A stretch of 64,000 nt of DNA from an uncultured Chloroflexia bacterium (GCA_963728205.1 CAVSIV010000006.1:512001-576000); one strand, 5' to 3'. Positions 7,758-18,474 are shown, counted from the stretch's first letter. Made by a program: numbers and translations. Notes: generated from the sequence alone by a model not told the origin.

Positions 7758-10700
7758 CGTTCGGCCCTCCCCTCCGCGCGGCGACCGGCGCGATGGTCGC
7801 CGGCACCGCCGTCGCGCGCGGCGTCGCGACGTCCGCGCGACAGGCGCCCGCGCGCGATGTTGCACGTGAACGCCTTGCCCTCGTGGATGCTCGTGTTCGG
7901 GTCGCCGACCACCGCTGACAGCGTGTTCACGATGTCGCCGGTCGCGTAGCCCTGCCAGCCGTAGTGCCAGGGCATGCCGACCTGGTGGACGACGCGGCCG
8001 TCCATCTGCAGCGGCCGCATCCGTTCGGTGACGAGCGCCTTGGCCTCGATCTCACCGCGCGCCGTCGAGATCACCACCCAGTCGAGGTTCGCGATCCCGT
8101 GCACCGCCGCCAGCTCCGGCGAGAGCTCGACGAAGCCCTCCGGCTGCAGCTCCGCCGTCGACGGCACCATCCGGGTGGGGATGCCGCCCGAGTGGTGCTC
8201 GGTGAGCCGGTAGGTCGTGATCACGTACGGGTACGCCGGGTCGCCGACCGCGTGGTACGGGTTGTCCGCGCGCTCCCACTTCTTCGCCGCGGGGTTGTCC
8301 TGCTGGCGGTAGAGGGGGTTCTGGATCACCGACTCGACGGGCTCGTAATGGGTCGGCAGCGGACCGTCCTTGAGGCCGGACGGGACGAACAGCGAGCCGC
8401 GCCCGTCGGAGACCATGATGAACGGCGCGCGACCGTCCAGCGCGTCCATCCCCGTCTGGGGCGACGACCAGTCGGGCTCGTAGTCGGGCCGCTTCGAGGA
8501 CTGGAAGTCCACCGAGTCCTTGCCGGTCCACTTCCCTGCATCCTCGTCCCACCACACGTAGCGCTTCGCTTCGGACCACGGCTTGCCGTCCGGATCGGCG
8601 GAGGCGCGGTTGTAGAGGATGCGGCGGTTGGCCGGCCAGGCGAACGCCCAGCCGAGGTGCGTGCCGGGGCCGTCCGGCGCATCGGCCCGTCGCGACTGCG
8701 CGAGGTTGCGGCCGCGCTCCGGGTAGACGCCGGTGTAGATCCAGCAGCCGGCCGCGGTGGAACCGTCGTCCTTGAGATCCTGGAAGCTCGCGATCTGCTC
8801 ACGACCCTCCCACGTGTATCCGTTGATCTCGCGCAGCACCGCCGCGGCGGACGGCTCCGCGAGCGGGCCTTCCTCGGGGTAGTCCCACTCGAGGTTCTGG
8901 ATCGGCGCGTCCTTGCGCTCCTGGCTGTCCGCGTAGAGCGCCTTCAGGCGCTTCCCCAGGTGGTACGTGAACCAGAGATCGGAGCGCGCGTCGCCCGGCG
9001 GCTCGACGACCTTGTCGTGCCACTGGATCAGGCGGTGCGTGTTGGTGAACGTGCCCTCCTTCTCGCCGGGCAGTGCCGCGGGGAGCATGAAGATCTCCGT
9101 GCCGATCTGGTCGGGTCGCAGGTCGCCGTTGCGCGCCTCCGGGGAGGCGTACCAGAACGACGCCGTCTCGTTCTCGAAGATCTCGCGCACGACGAGCCAC
9201 TCGAGGTTCGGTAGCGACTCCCGCACCATGTGCGTGTTGTGGCCGCCCACGACCGGGTTCTGACCGATCAGCAGCAGGCCGCGGATGGCGCCGTCGCGGA
9301 TGGCCAGCATCATCGGCTCCTGCGAGTGGTCGCCGGTGATCTTCGGCACCCAGTCGTAGCCCCAGCCGTTCTCGCGGGTGGCGGCGTCGCCGTACCAGGC
9401 CTTGAGCAGGCTCACCGCGTACTGCGGGAAGTGGTGCCACCAGCCCGTCGGGTTGGTCTCCGTCTTCACATAGTCGTCGAAGGTCGCGTGCTGCTTCCAG
9501 GCGTGCGGCTGCGGGAGGTAGCCGGGCAGCATGTTGTACAGCGTCGGGATGTCCGTGCTGCCCTGGATGCTGCAGTGGCCGCGCAGCGCGAGGATGCCGC
9601 CGCCGGGGCGCCCGATGTTCCCGAGCAGCAGCTGCAGGATCGCCGCGGCGCGGATCATCTGCACGCCGGTCGTGTGGTGCGTCCAGCCCACCGCGTAACA
9701 CCACGCGGCGGTGCGCTCCGGGCCGGAGTTGCGCACGAGCGCGTCGGCGACCTGCAGGAACGTCTCGCGGGGGCAGCCGCTGACCCGCTCCACCATCTCC
9801 GGCGTGTACTTCGCGTAGTGCCGCCGCAGGATCTGGTAGACGCAGCGCGGGTGCTGGAGCGTCGGGTCGGTCTCCGGTGGACGGTCGCTCATGCGCTTCG
9901 TGTGGTCGCCGAACGACTCCGTCGTGTTCACGTAGTGCTCGGAGAGCGACGACGGGACAATCTCGCCGCGGTACTGCCACGAATCGACGGAGTACGACTT
10001 GCTGTCGGCGTTCCAGCCGGAGAACAGCCCGCCGAGGTCCTCGGCGTCCTCGTAACCGTCGTCGATGATGGTCGCGATGTTGGTGTAGTTCATCACGTAG
10101 TCGCGGAACCACAGGTCGTGCTCGATCACGTACTTGATGAGCCCGCCGAGGAACGCGATGTCGGAGCCGGCGCGCACGGGCGCGTAGATGTCGGCGAGGG
10201 CCGACGTGCGCGTGAAGCGCGGGTCGACGTGGATCAGCGTGGCGCCGCGCTCCTGCGCCTGCAGTGCGAAGCGGAACGCGATCGGGTGGTTCTCCGCCAT
10301 GTTCGACCCCATCACCACCACGCACTGCGCGTTGGCGAGGTCCCACTGGGCGGTGGTGGCGGCTCCGCGGCCGAAGGTGGCGCCCAGACTGGGCACCGAG
10401 GAGCTGTGTCAGATCCGGGCCTGGTTCTCGATCCAGGTCATCCCGAGCCCGCCGCCGAGGAGCTTCTTCAGCAGGTAGTTCTCCTCGTTGTCGAGCGTGG
10501 CGCCGCCGAGCTCGGCCATGGCCATCGTGTGGTTCACGGTCTCGCCGCCCGGGAGGGACTCGACGAACGTCTCGTCGCGCGTGCGCTTCACGAGGTGAGC
10601 GATGCGGTCCATCGCCCAGTCGAGCGGCCGCTCCTCCCAGTGATCGGAGTACGGCGCGCGATACTTCACCTTCGTCAGGCGCTGCGGGCTGGTGAGCCAG

Positions 10701-11014
10701 CCGAAGGTCGCCGCGCCCTTGGGGCAGAGGGTGCCCTGGTTGATCGGGCTGCGCGGGTCGCCCTCAATGGCGATGACGTCGTTGCCCTTCGCGTAGACGA
10801 GCTGCGCGCAGCCGACGGCGCAGTACGGGCAGATGCTGGTGCCGACGCGATCGGCCTGCTCCAGCCGCGGCCGCATGTGCGCGGAGTGCGGCGACTCGGC
10901 CGCCGCGCCCTCGGCGTCGGCGCCGCGCGCCTGCCGGAGCACGGGCCACGTCTCGAGCATGCCGCGCAGCCGGTCCCACGCGTGCTCGGCCGTCGCCTTC
11001 GACTCGTCGATCAT
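7754..11014 (-). CDS. fdnG: Selenocysteine-containing formate dehydrogenase alpha subunit (Sec UGA at 10409-10411)
   Basis: CPYCAVGC cluster motif; NQARI-UGA-HSSSVPSLG read-through joins two in-frame ORFs; ALRGH motif; C-terminal TYRLTEH molybdopterin domain. Confidence 0.95.
10379..10408 (-). promoter_or_regulatory. Bacterial SECIS element
   Basis: GGUGCCC-AGUCU-GGGCGCC hairpin starting 11 nt after the UGA, similar to the E. coli fdhF SECIS. Confidence 0.85.
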
Positions 11015-11115
11015 CGTGCTCTCCCTCTCGTCGTGCGCTGGCGGGTGGCGGTGGCCGGCGATGTCCGCGTCGGCGGCGGGCAGCGACCGCGTCGTCTCTC
11101 GGTTGCCGTGGCTCC

Positions 11116-11361
11116 TCACCCCGCTGACGCGGGGCCGTTCGCCGGGTGGCGGCGCACCCAGTGCGCCACGCCGGACTCGAGGTTGGGCTCGCCCTCGTAG
11201 CCGACCGCGACGTGCGCGGCGGTCTCGACGTCGTGCTCGAAATCGACCGCGTCGCCGGCGGCATCGTGCTTGAGGGTGAGCAGCAGGACCGCGCCGTCGT
11301 CGGTCTTCAGGCGGAACCGCTCCTCCTGGACGACGACGACGCGGCCCGTTGCCGTGTGCAT
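11116..11361 (-). CDS. Small beta-rich hypothetical protein in the FDH operon
   Basis: GRVVVVQEERFRL...LLLTL...VGYEGEPN; co-oriented between the SatP fusion and fdnG. Confidence 0.65.
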   Translation of the reverse strand: MHTATGRVVVVQEERFRLKTDDGAVLLLTLKHDAAGDAVDFEHDVETAAHVAVGYEGEPNLESGVAHWVRRHPANGPASAG

Positions 11362-11386
11362 GCGCGAAGCGGGTGGCACGGGGCGC

Positions 11387-12454
11387 CTACTGGCCCGCGC
11401 GCACGCCCGGCTGGCCCTGTGCGTACTGCACCGGCCGGCTGAGCTCGCTGCCCGGCACGTTGGCAGCGGACGAGTACTTGCCCAGCGGCAGCACGACACG
11501 CTTCCAGCCGCCTTCGAGCATCATCGCGCTCGCCAGGTAGAAGGCGATGAGCGCCGACGCCAGGAAGACCCAGCCCGCGGCGGTCATCCAGCCAGAGCTG
11601 CCGATCAGCTCGCCGATCGCCGCGACGGTCGCGCCGGCGGCGAGCGTCCCGAGCACGCCCGTCAGCACGATGTTCTCGCCGAGCGCGGCGAGTGCGCCGA
11701 CCCACGTGATCGCGGCGAGGACGAGGAACCAGTAGCCCAGCTCCACGAAGGTGCCCGAGGGCAGCGTGACGGTGCCGGTGGCGCCCAGGAAGTAGAGCAG
11801 CCCCCAGCCCATCCAGAACGCGCCCCACATGCCGTGCATCGCCGTCGCGATGCCGTCGCGGGCGCGGAACGACCACATGCCCGCGAGGAACTGCGCGAGC
11901 CCGCCGAAGAAGACGGCGAACGGCGCGAGCAGGAGCGGCGTGGTCGGCTCATTGCCGTACCACCCCGCCATGAACGTCGACACCATGAACGTGGCGCCGG
12001 CGAAGCCGAACAGTCCGAGGATCGACGGCGGCGCCATCGGCTGGAGCATCACGCGGGTCGCCGGCACGACGCCCTCGCTCGACTCCGGCAGGTCCTCGAA
12101 TGAGAGCGCACCCACCGGGTTGCCGTCGCGACGCAAGACGACGATCGCCGGCGAGTGATCCGCGCGCATGGCGCGCGCAGCGTGCGTCACGTCTTCGTCG
12201 ACGTAGACCCGGCGGCCGTCGCTCGCCATCGCGTCGCGCACGCTCGCCTGGGCGTAGTCGCCCGCGCGACCCGCCTCCCAGCGCACGATGTCGTGCTCCG
12301 TGATCGTGCCCACCATCGACTCGCCGCGATAGACGAGCAGGATGGGCGCGTCACCCGCCTGGAGCCGCTCCATCGCCTCCACGAGGGGTGCGTCGTCGGG
12401 GATGCGATTCGCCCGACGCTGTGCGATCTCTGAGATGAGCATGAGCCCTCCCAT
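11387..12454 (-). CDS. CBS-pair domain fused to a SatP/GPR1/FUN34/YaaH-family carboxylate channel
   Basis: N-terminal VGTITEHDI CBS motif; APPSILGLFGFA and GGLAQFLAGMW motifs, about 6 TM helices. Confidence 0.85.
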   Translation of the reverse strand: MGGLMLISEIAQRRANRIPDDAPLVEAMERLQAGDAPILLVYRGESMVGTITEHDIVRWEAGRAGDYAQASVRDAMASDGRRVYVDEDVTHAARAMRADHSPAIVVLRRDGNPVGALSFEDLPESSEGVVPATRVMLQPMAPPSILGLFGFAGATFMVSTFMAGWYGNEPTTPLLLAPFAVFFGGLAQFLAGMWSFRARDGIATAMHGMWGAFWMGWGLLYFLGATGTVTLPSGTFVELGYWFLVLAAITWVGALAALGENIVLTGVLGTLAAGATVAAIGELIGSSGWMTAAGWVFLASALIAFYLASAMMLEGGWKRVVLPLGKYSSAANVPGSELSRPVQYAQGQPGVRAGQ

Positions 12455-12947
12455 CGCGCGTCCCGGGGTGTTGCGTGGCGGGAGACTGGCTTGGGGAGAG
12501 TGCCCGGGCCGCTAGAGGTCACGCTAACGCGCGGGCGATTGCGCGCCCGTAACAGGTCCCACTGCGCCACGCGGCGGGCGCGGGATCGACGGGAGCGGCG
12601 ACGACGCGGGGAACCGGGCGGGGCTGCGTGCGCGAGCGCGCGCAGGTGATGGCGGGAGCACGCGTGAGCCCGGGGTGGCGCGCGCGAGCGCGGCGCCGGT
12701 GAGCACCCAATCCGCGCGCGTGCGGCGCACGAGCGGGGCACATGTCGTCACGGCGGCACCAGGACGCGTTCACGGAATCGCAACCCGATTGTGAGCCTCG
12801 CGCGCGGAGTCGCTTTACGATGCGGACGCTCGCAGGGCGCGCCTCGCCGCGAGCGCGGCGACGCGAGCGCGCGCACAGCGCTCGCGTCCGCTCCCGGCGA
12901 CCCGGCGCGTGCCGCGCCGCGCGCCGTGACGAGGAAACGGAGCCGTC

Positions 12948-14135
12948 ATGACCACCACTGCACGCCCGCTTGCGCCGGACCACCCCGGGTTCTTCCAGTA
13001 CTTCCCCGGCGAGTACCGCTGGTCCGCTGCCGTCGAGGGCCTGCTGGGCGCAGCGTCCGCCGGCGGCGCCGAGCTCGGCGAGGTCGACCGCGTGGCGAGC
13101 CGGCTGCGCGCCGACGTCGGCGACGACGACCGCTGGTTCGAAGAGTGGACGGCGATGGCCGACCACGTGCGCGGGCTCGCGCGTCGCGCCGAGCGCGCCG
13201 GCCACGCGCTCACCGCGGCGTCGGCGTACCTGCGCTCGTGCCTCTACGCGCAGTACGGCGAGCGCTTCCGCACGCCGAAGGACCGCGCGGCGCTCACCGC
13301 CTACCGGCGCGCCGTCGAGTCGTTCCATCGCTTCGCGGAGCTGAGCGACGGCCCGCGCATCGAGCCGGTCGAGGTGCCGTTCGAGCGCACGTCGCTGCCG
13401 GCGTACCTCGTCCATGCGCGCAACACGCGGAAGCGGCGGCCGCCGGTCGTGGTGTTCTTCGACGGCCTCGACGTGACGAAGGAAATCCAGTACGCGATGG
13501 CGGCGCCCGAGCTGGCGCGGCGCGGGATGAGCGTGCTGCTCGTCGACGGCCCCGGCAACGGCGAGGCGATCCGCTTCCGCCGCCAGTACCTGCGGCCGGA
13601 CAGCGAGTCGTACGGCGCCGCGGCGCTCGACTACCTGGAGACGCGCTCCGATGTCGACGCGAAGCGCGCCGGGGTCATGGCGGTGAGTCTCGGGGGCTAC
13701 TACGCGCCGCGGATGGCGAGCATGGAGCCGCGGTACCGCGCCTGCGTCGCCTGGGGCGCGATCTGGGACTACCACGCGACGTGGCAGCGGCGCGTCGAGG
13801 CCGCGTTCAAGACGGACCTCTCGGTGCCGGGCCATCACATCGAATGGGTGCTGCACGCGCGGTCGCTCGACGACGCGCTGCGCAGGCTCGAGCCGTTTCG
13901 GCTGGACGGCGTGGTGCAGCGAATGCGGTGCCCGTTCCTGCTGCTGCACGGCGAAGACGACCGGCAGGTGCCGCTCGCCGACGCGCAGGCGCTGTACCGG
14001 GCGGTCGGTTCGCAGGACAAGACGCTGCGCGTGTTCACGCGCGAGGAGGGCGGCGCGCAGCACTGCCAGCGGGACAATCGCACGCTCGGCGTGTCGACGA
14101 TCGCGGACTGGTTCGCCGAGCGGCTGGAGGCGTAG
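12948..14135 (+). CDS. Alpha/beta hydrolase (FrsA / dihydroxypseudooxynicotine hydrolase-like)
   Basis: FDGLD, DGPGNGE, VSLGGYYAPR nucleophile, HGEDD and QHCQ motifs. Confidence 0.85.
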   Translation: MTTTARPLAPDHPGFFQYFPGEYRWSAAVEGLLGAASAGGAELGEVDRVASRLRADVGDDDRWFEEWTAMADHVRGLARRAERAGHALTAASAYLRSCLYAQYGERFRTPKDRAALTAYRRAVESFHRFAELSDGPRIEPVEVPFERTSLPAYLVHARNTRKRRPPVVVFFDGLDVTKEIQYAMAAPELARRGMSVLLVDGPGNGEAIRFRRQYLRPDSESYGAAALDYLETRSDVDAKRAGVMAVSLGGYYAPRMASMEPRYRACVAWGAIWDYHATWQRRVEAAFKTDLSVPGHHIEWVLHARSLDDALRRLEPFRLDGVVQRMRCPFLLLHGEDDRQVPLADAQALYRAVGSQDKTLRVFTREEGGAQHCQRDNRTLGVSTIADWFAERLEA

Positions 14136-14315
14136 GCGGGGAACAGCGTCGACACCGACGGTGGGCGCGCGGCATGAAGCCTCGTGCTCGACCGCGACGC
14201 ACGTGACGTCCGGCGGGCCCCGGCGCCGCGAGGGAGCCACTCGATCGAGCACGGGCGTTCTGCCCGCGCTCGCCACGATCGCCGCGGACACGTCCGCGGC
14301 TGCGAAAGGACCCGC

Positions 14316-15611
14316 ATGCCGATCGACTGGACGGCGGCGCACGCCGAGGCGGAGGCGACGCTCCGCGAGTACCTGCGCATCGACACCGCGAATCCGCCCG
14401 GCAACGAGAGCGCGGCGGCGCGCTTCCTCGGCGACCGGCTCGCGGCCGAGGGCATCCCCGTCGAGTACGTCGAGCCGCAGCCCGGTCGCGCGCTCGTCGC
14501 GGCACGGCTGCGCGGCGACGGCAGCCGGCGGCCCTTCCTCCTCGGCAACCACACGGACGTCGTACCGGTCGAGGCGGAGTACTGGTCGGTGCCGCCGTTC
14601 GACGGATTGCTGCGCGACGGCCGCATCTACGGTCGCGGAGCCATCGACATGAAGGGCGCCGGCGTCATGCAGCTGATGGCCATGCTGCTGGCGAAGCGCG
14701 AGGGCCTGCCGCTGCGTCGTGACCTCGTCTTCCTCGCGACCCCGGACGAGGAAGCCGGCAGCACCTGGGGGATGCGCTGGGTGGTCGCGCACCGGCCCGA
14801 CCTCGTCGACGCGGAGTTCGCGATCAACGAGGGCTCGATGCCGCGCGAAACGGGCGGCCGGAAGCTGTTCGCCGTCGCGACCAACGAGAAGTTCGGTTGC
14901 GCGCTGCGGCTGGTCTCGGTCGGGCAGCCCGGGCACGGCTCGTTCGTGCACGCGGACAACTCGATGGTGCGGCTCGCCCGTGCGCTGGTGCGGCTCTCGG
15001 AGTGGGATCGCGGGCTGACGTTCACGCCCGACACGGACGCTTACGTGGCGCGGCTGGGAGAAGTCGGTGTCCTGCCCGGCAACGATGCCGGTGCGCTGCA
15101 CGCCGCGATCCGCGATCGTCGAGGCCTGCTCCCGATGTTCATGAACACGCTGAACGTGACGCTCGTGCACGCCGGCGTGAAGTCGAACGTGCTCCCGGCA
15201 CGCAGCGAGGCCACGCTCGACTGCCGCCTCCTGCCGGGACAGTCGCGAGAGGAGTGGCGACGGGCGGTCGAGCAGGTGGTCGACGACCCGCGGATCGCGG
15301 TCGAGTTCGTGTCTCCCGACGCGCCGGAGCCGCCGCCGGCAACGCCGTGGCACACGGAGCTCTTCGCCGCGATCGAGGCGACGGTGCACGACGTCTTCGA
15401 GGACGGCGTCGTGGTGCCGTCGCTCACGATCGGCGCGACCGACAACCGCTTCCTCCGCGCGGCGGGCGTGGTGGCGTACAACTTCGTGCCCGGGCTCTTC
15501 AGCCCGCAGGAGCTCGCGGGCTTTCACGGGAACGACGAGTTCATCACCACCGAGAACCTGCGCCTGGGCTGCGAGATGACGTACGACCTCGTGCGCCGGA
15601 TGTGCGCCTAA
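14316..15611 (+). CDS. M20/M25/M40 family metallopeptidase
   Basis: HTDVVP, GRGAIDMKG, DEE and GFHGNDE motifs. Confidence 0.92.
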   Translation: MPIDWTAAHAEAEATLREYLRIDTANPPGNESAAARFLGDRLAAEGIPVEYVEPQPGRALVAARLRGDGSRRPFLLGNHTDVVPVEAEYWSVPPFDGLLRDGRIYGRGAIDMKGAGVMQLMAMLLAKREGLPLRRDLVFLATPDEEAGSTWGMRWVVAHRPDLVDAEFAINEGSMPRETGGRKLFAVATNEKFGCALRLVSVGQPGHGSFVHADNSMVRLARALVRLSEWDRGLTFTPDTDAYVARLGEVGVLPGNDAGALHAAIRDRRGLLPMFMNTLNVTLVHAGVKSNVLPARSEATLDCRLLPGQSREEWRRAVEQVVDDPRIAVEFVSPDAPEPPPATPWHTELFAAIEATVHDVFEDGVVVPSLTIGATDNRFLRAAGVVAYNFVPGLFSPQELAGFHGNDEFITTENLRLGCEMTYDLVRRMCA

Positions 15612-15825
15612 GCGGCGGCAGACATGCCGCCGACGCCGTCCGGCGCGGAGCGCCGGCCGTCGGAGCGCCGGCCATCGGAGCGCCGGCCATCGGAGCGCCG
15701 GCCTCGGAGCGCGTCGCCGCGGGTCCCCGCGTCCGAGGCGCCGCCTGTCGTCGCCTGCTGAGCCGACGGCGCTCCCTCCGCTGGCGCCGCGGGCGCGCAC
15801 CCATGCCCCGTGGCATAGTCGCCGG

Positions 15826-17124
15826 ATGCTCAGCGCGAACGCCGCCGTCAGGCGGCTGACCGACCTGTTGCTCCCCGCCGCGCTCGCCGCCGTGGTCGCC
15901 GCGTGCGGCGGTGGCGCGTCGCCGACCCCAACCGTCACCGCCGCGTCGCCGTCCGCCGGCGCCGCCGCGACGGCTCCCGCCACGGAGACGCAGGCCGCCT
16001 CCGCGACGCGCGCCGCCACCGCGGTCGCGACCGCAGCGGCTGCGAGCGCAACCCCCGGGGGCAGCGCGGCCGAGCAAGCGGTGCGCCTGGCGATCGAGAC
16101 GTCGGGGCGTCACGAGACCGCCGTCGCCGAGCTGCGGACCGACGGGACCCCCGAGGAGGGACGCAGGCTCGTCGCGGCGCTCGTCGACGGCGCGCTGCAG
16201 ACGTACCAGGCGAGCGACATTTCCGTGCTGCCGGTCGGCCCGCCGCTGGCCATCGCGGACCTGGCCATCGCGGTCACCAGCATCACGGCGTATACCGGCC
16301 CGCCGTGGCCGGGGGCGGTATGGCTGGCCTCGTCCGCGGATCACGACGCGCACACCGTCGTCGGCCTCCTGAGCTGGACGCGGGACGACGGCTGGCGCGG
16401 ACAAATCTCGTGGACGGTGTACCAGCCCTGCGAGCTGACACCCCACATCTCCGATCTCGACGGCGACGGCACGCCCGAGATCATGCTGCCGAACGCCGGA
16501 CCGGCGCCGGCTGCTGCCGCGCCCCTGTGCGCCCCGCCGTCGCCGGAGCTGTTCCGCTGGACGGGCGGCGCGATGACGCAGGTGCGAGCGACGACGCTGC
16601 CGCCAGGCGCGCCGGGCGCGACGGCGAACAACGCCGCGGTCGCAGATGCGCTGAGCGGCGCGTGGGAGACCGCCGACGACGAGATTGCCGCTGCACGCGC
16701 AGCGGCCCCGGCGGACCCGATCGTGCGCTGGAACGCGGCGCTGATCGCCGGAGCGCTCGGCTACCGCGCGAGCGAGCGGGAACTCACCGAGCACGCGCTC
16801 GCGGTCGCCTCCGACGGCGACTTCGCGACGGCACTCCGATTCTCGTACCAGAGCTCGGTTGCGATCGCAGACGTCATCTCGCTCCACGAGGCGACCCGGA
16901 TCCTCGCGCACGCCTCCGCGGGCGAGCCCGCCATGTCGACGCCTGAGGCCGCCTTTGCGGCGTTCGCGGAACTGACGTTCCGCGTGGCCGCGCGCGAGGC
17001 GCTGGCGGATACGCCGGACGCGGATCCGGCGGCGCTCGCCGCCGATCGGGACGCGCTCGACCGGGCGCGCACGGCGGTGTTCGGCGAGGCGAGCGCCGTG
17101 GCGACGCCGACACCCGCCTCCTAG
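15826..17124 (+). CDS. Hypothetical lipoprotein with a DxDGDG Ca-binding-like loop (start uncertain)
   Basis: VVAA-C lipobox, Thr/Ala linker, DLDGDGTPEI. Confidence 0.6.
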   Translation: MLSANAAVRRLTDLLLPAALAAVVAACGGGASPTPTVTAASPSAGAAATAPATETQAASATRAATAVATAAAASATPGGSAAEQAVRLAIETSGRHETAVAELRTDGTPEEGRRLVAALVDGALQTYQASDISVLPVGPPLAIADLAIAVTSITAYTGPPWPGAVWLASSADHDAHTVVGLLSWTRDDGWRGQISWTVYQPCELTPHISDLDGDGTPEIMLPNAGPAPAAAAPLCAPPSPELFRWTGGAMTQVRATTLPPGAPGATANNAAVADALSGAWETADDEIAAARAAAPADPIVRWNAALIAGALGYRASERELTEHALAVASDGDFATALRFSYQSSVAIADVISLHEATRILAHASAGEPAMSTPEAAFAAFAELTFRVAAREALADTPDADPAALAADRDALDRARTAVFGEASAVATPTPAS

Positions 17125-17163
17125 GCCGTCCTGGGCGCGCGGCAGGCTTCAGGCCTCGTCGGA

Positions 17164-17310
17164 ACGTCAAAGCGGCGGCAGATATGCCGCCGACAGGACG
17201 CGGGCGCAGTCCGCGGCTGGCGCCGCGCTTCTGTCGGCGGCATATCTGCCGCCGCTTTGGGTGACGTTCATGCGCGCACGGCGCCCCACCGGGGCATGTC
17301 GACTGCCGTG
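17164..17310. repeat. Composite REPIN-like element (inverted REP pair, ~37-bp core, conserved flank)
   Basis: Near-identical copies at about 35479-35632, 41187-41333 and 60925-61068; shorter versions at 61820-61913 and 62975-63072. Confidence 0.9.
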
Positions 17311-17415
17311 TCAGGGGGTGCCCTGGCACCTCGGAGGTGGCCACCTCCCGGCAATTGAGGGGCGCACTGCACACGGCGGGCCTGAGGCCCGCCGCGCGCC
17401 CGGTCAGTGCCCCCG

Positions 17416-18474
17416 TCAGCCGGCGGCGCGCACCCGCTCCGGCCGGCACGCGCGCATCACCGCGCGCACGGAGTCGAGCCCCGGCCGCGACGCCACCACG
17501 CGCACGATCGCGGTGTCGAGGCCACGCGCGAGGCGCGCGAACGCGTCGGCCGCGCCCTCGGCGGGGCCGAAGTAGCCGACCGCGTTGAGGATCTCGTCGG
17601 GGAAGGCGTCGAGCAGCGCGTTCGCGTCCGCGCCGCCCTCGCGCATGCGGTCGACCTCGAGCAGCGCGTCGGCGAAGCCCATGCGCTCGAAGTGCGCGCG
17701 GTAGCCGAAGCGGCGGTCGCGCTCGCTCGGCACCGACTGCCCGAGCGCGTACCCCATCGTCGCGCGGGCCAGCGCGCGGCGCGCGCGTGGCACGTCGTCG
17801 TCGACCGCGACGCGGATGTACTCGGCCATGCGCAGCGCTGACGGGTCGCGCCCGGCCGTCGTCGCGCCGGCGTTCATGCGCTCGCGGCTCCACGTGACCT
17901 GGTCCGCGCTGCACCAGTTGAGCACCGCCCCGTCCGCCGTCTCGCCCGCGATCTCGAGCATCTTCGGGCCCAGCGCGGCGACGTAGACCGGCGTCCGCGG
18001 CGGCGGCGCGATGCCGAGCGACACGCCGTGCAGCGACACCGCCTCGCCGTCGTAGTCGACGGTCTCGCCGGCGAGCAGCGCCCGCGTCGTGACGAGGTAG
18101 TCGCGCATGATGCCGAGCGCCGACTTCCCGCCCATCCCGACCGAGCGCCGCATCGACGCGTTGTACGTCCGCCCCGACCCGATCCCGAGCACGAACTTCC
18201 CGCCGGTCAGCGCACCGAGCGACCCCGCGCTCATCGCGAACGCCGCCGGCCCGCGGTACGCGACGTTCGACACGCCGATGCCGGTCTCGAGCCCGCCGTC
18301 CACGACGTCGCACGACGCCTGCCAGCGCAGCAGGCAGAGCTGGAAGGAGTCGAGCCCGACGCCCTCCGGCGTCCAGGCGCTCTCGTACCCGAGCTCCGCC
18401 GCCTCGCGGGCCAGCGTCGCCTGGTCGTCGAAGGTCATCCCGAGCGAGAAGTCGAGGCCGACACCGATTTGCAT
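17416..18474 (-). CDS. LLM-class flavin-dependent oxidoreductase
   Basis: AEELGYESAWTPE, GKFVLGIGSG and AALGPKMLEIAGETADG motifs. Confidence 0.9.
   Translation of the reverse strand: MQIGVGLDFSLGMTFDDQATLAREAAELGYESAWTPEGVGLDSFQLCLLRWQASCDVVDGGLETGIGVSNVAYRGPAAFAMSAGSLGALTGGKFVLGIGSGRTYNASMRRSVGMGGKSALGIMRDYLVTTRALLAGETVDYDGEAVSLHGVSLGIAPPPRTPVYVAALGPKMLEIAGETADGAVLNWCSADQVTWSRERMNAGATTAGRDPSALRMAEYIRVAVDDDVPRARRALARATMGYALGQSVPSERDRRFGYRAHFERMGFADALLEVDRMREGGADANALLDAFPDEILNAVGYFGPAEGAADAFARLARGLDTAIVRVVASRPGLDSVRAVMRACRPERVRAAG

Noticed and set aside
10409-10411. Nonsense mutation making FDH a pseudogene
   Set aside because: The UGA is at the catalytic Cys/Sec position and is followed by a SECIS hairpin
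12519-16019. Very long ORFs (1166 aa here; also 21849-25001, most of 30110-34114, 42037-44568, 45869-48829)
   Set aside because: Antisense or off-frame shadows of real genes caused by high GC; Arg/Ala-rich with no motifs
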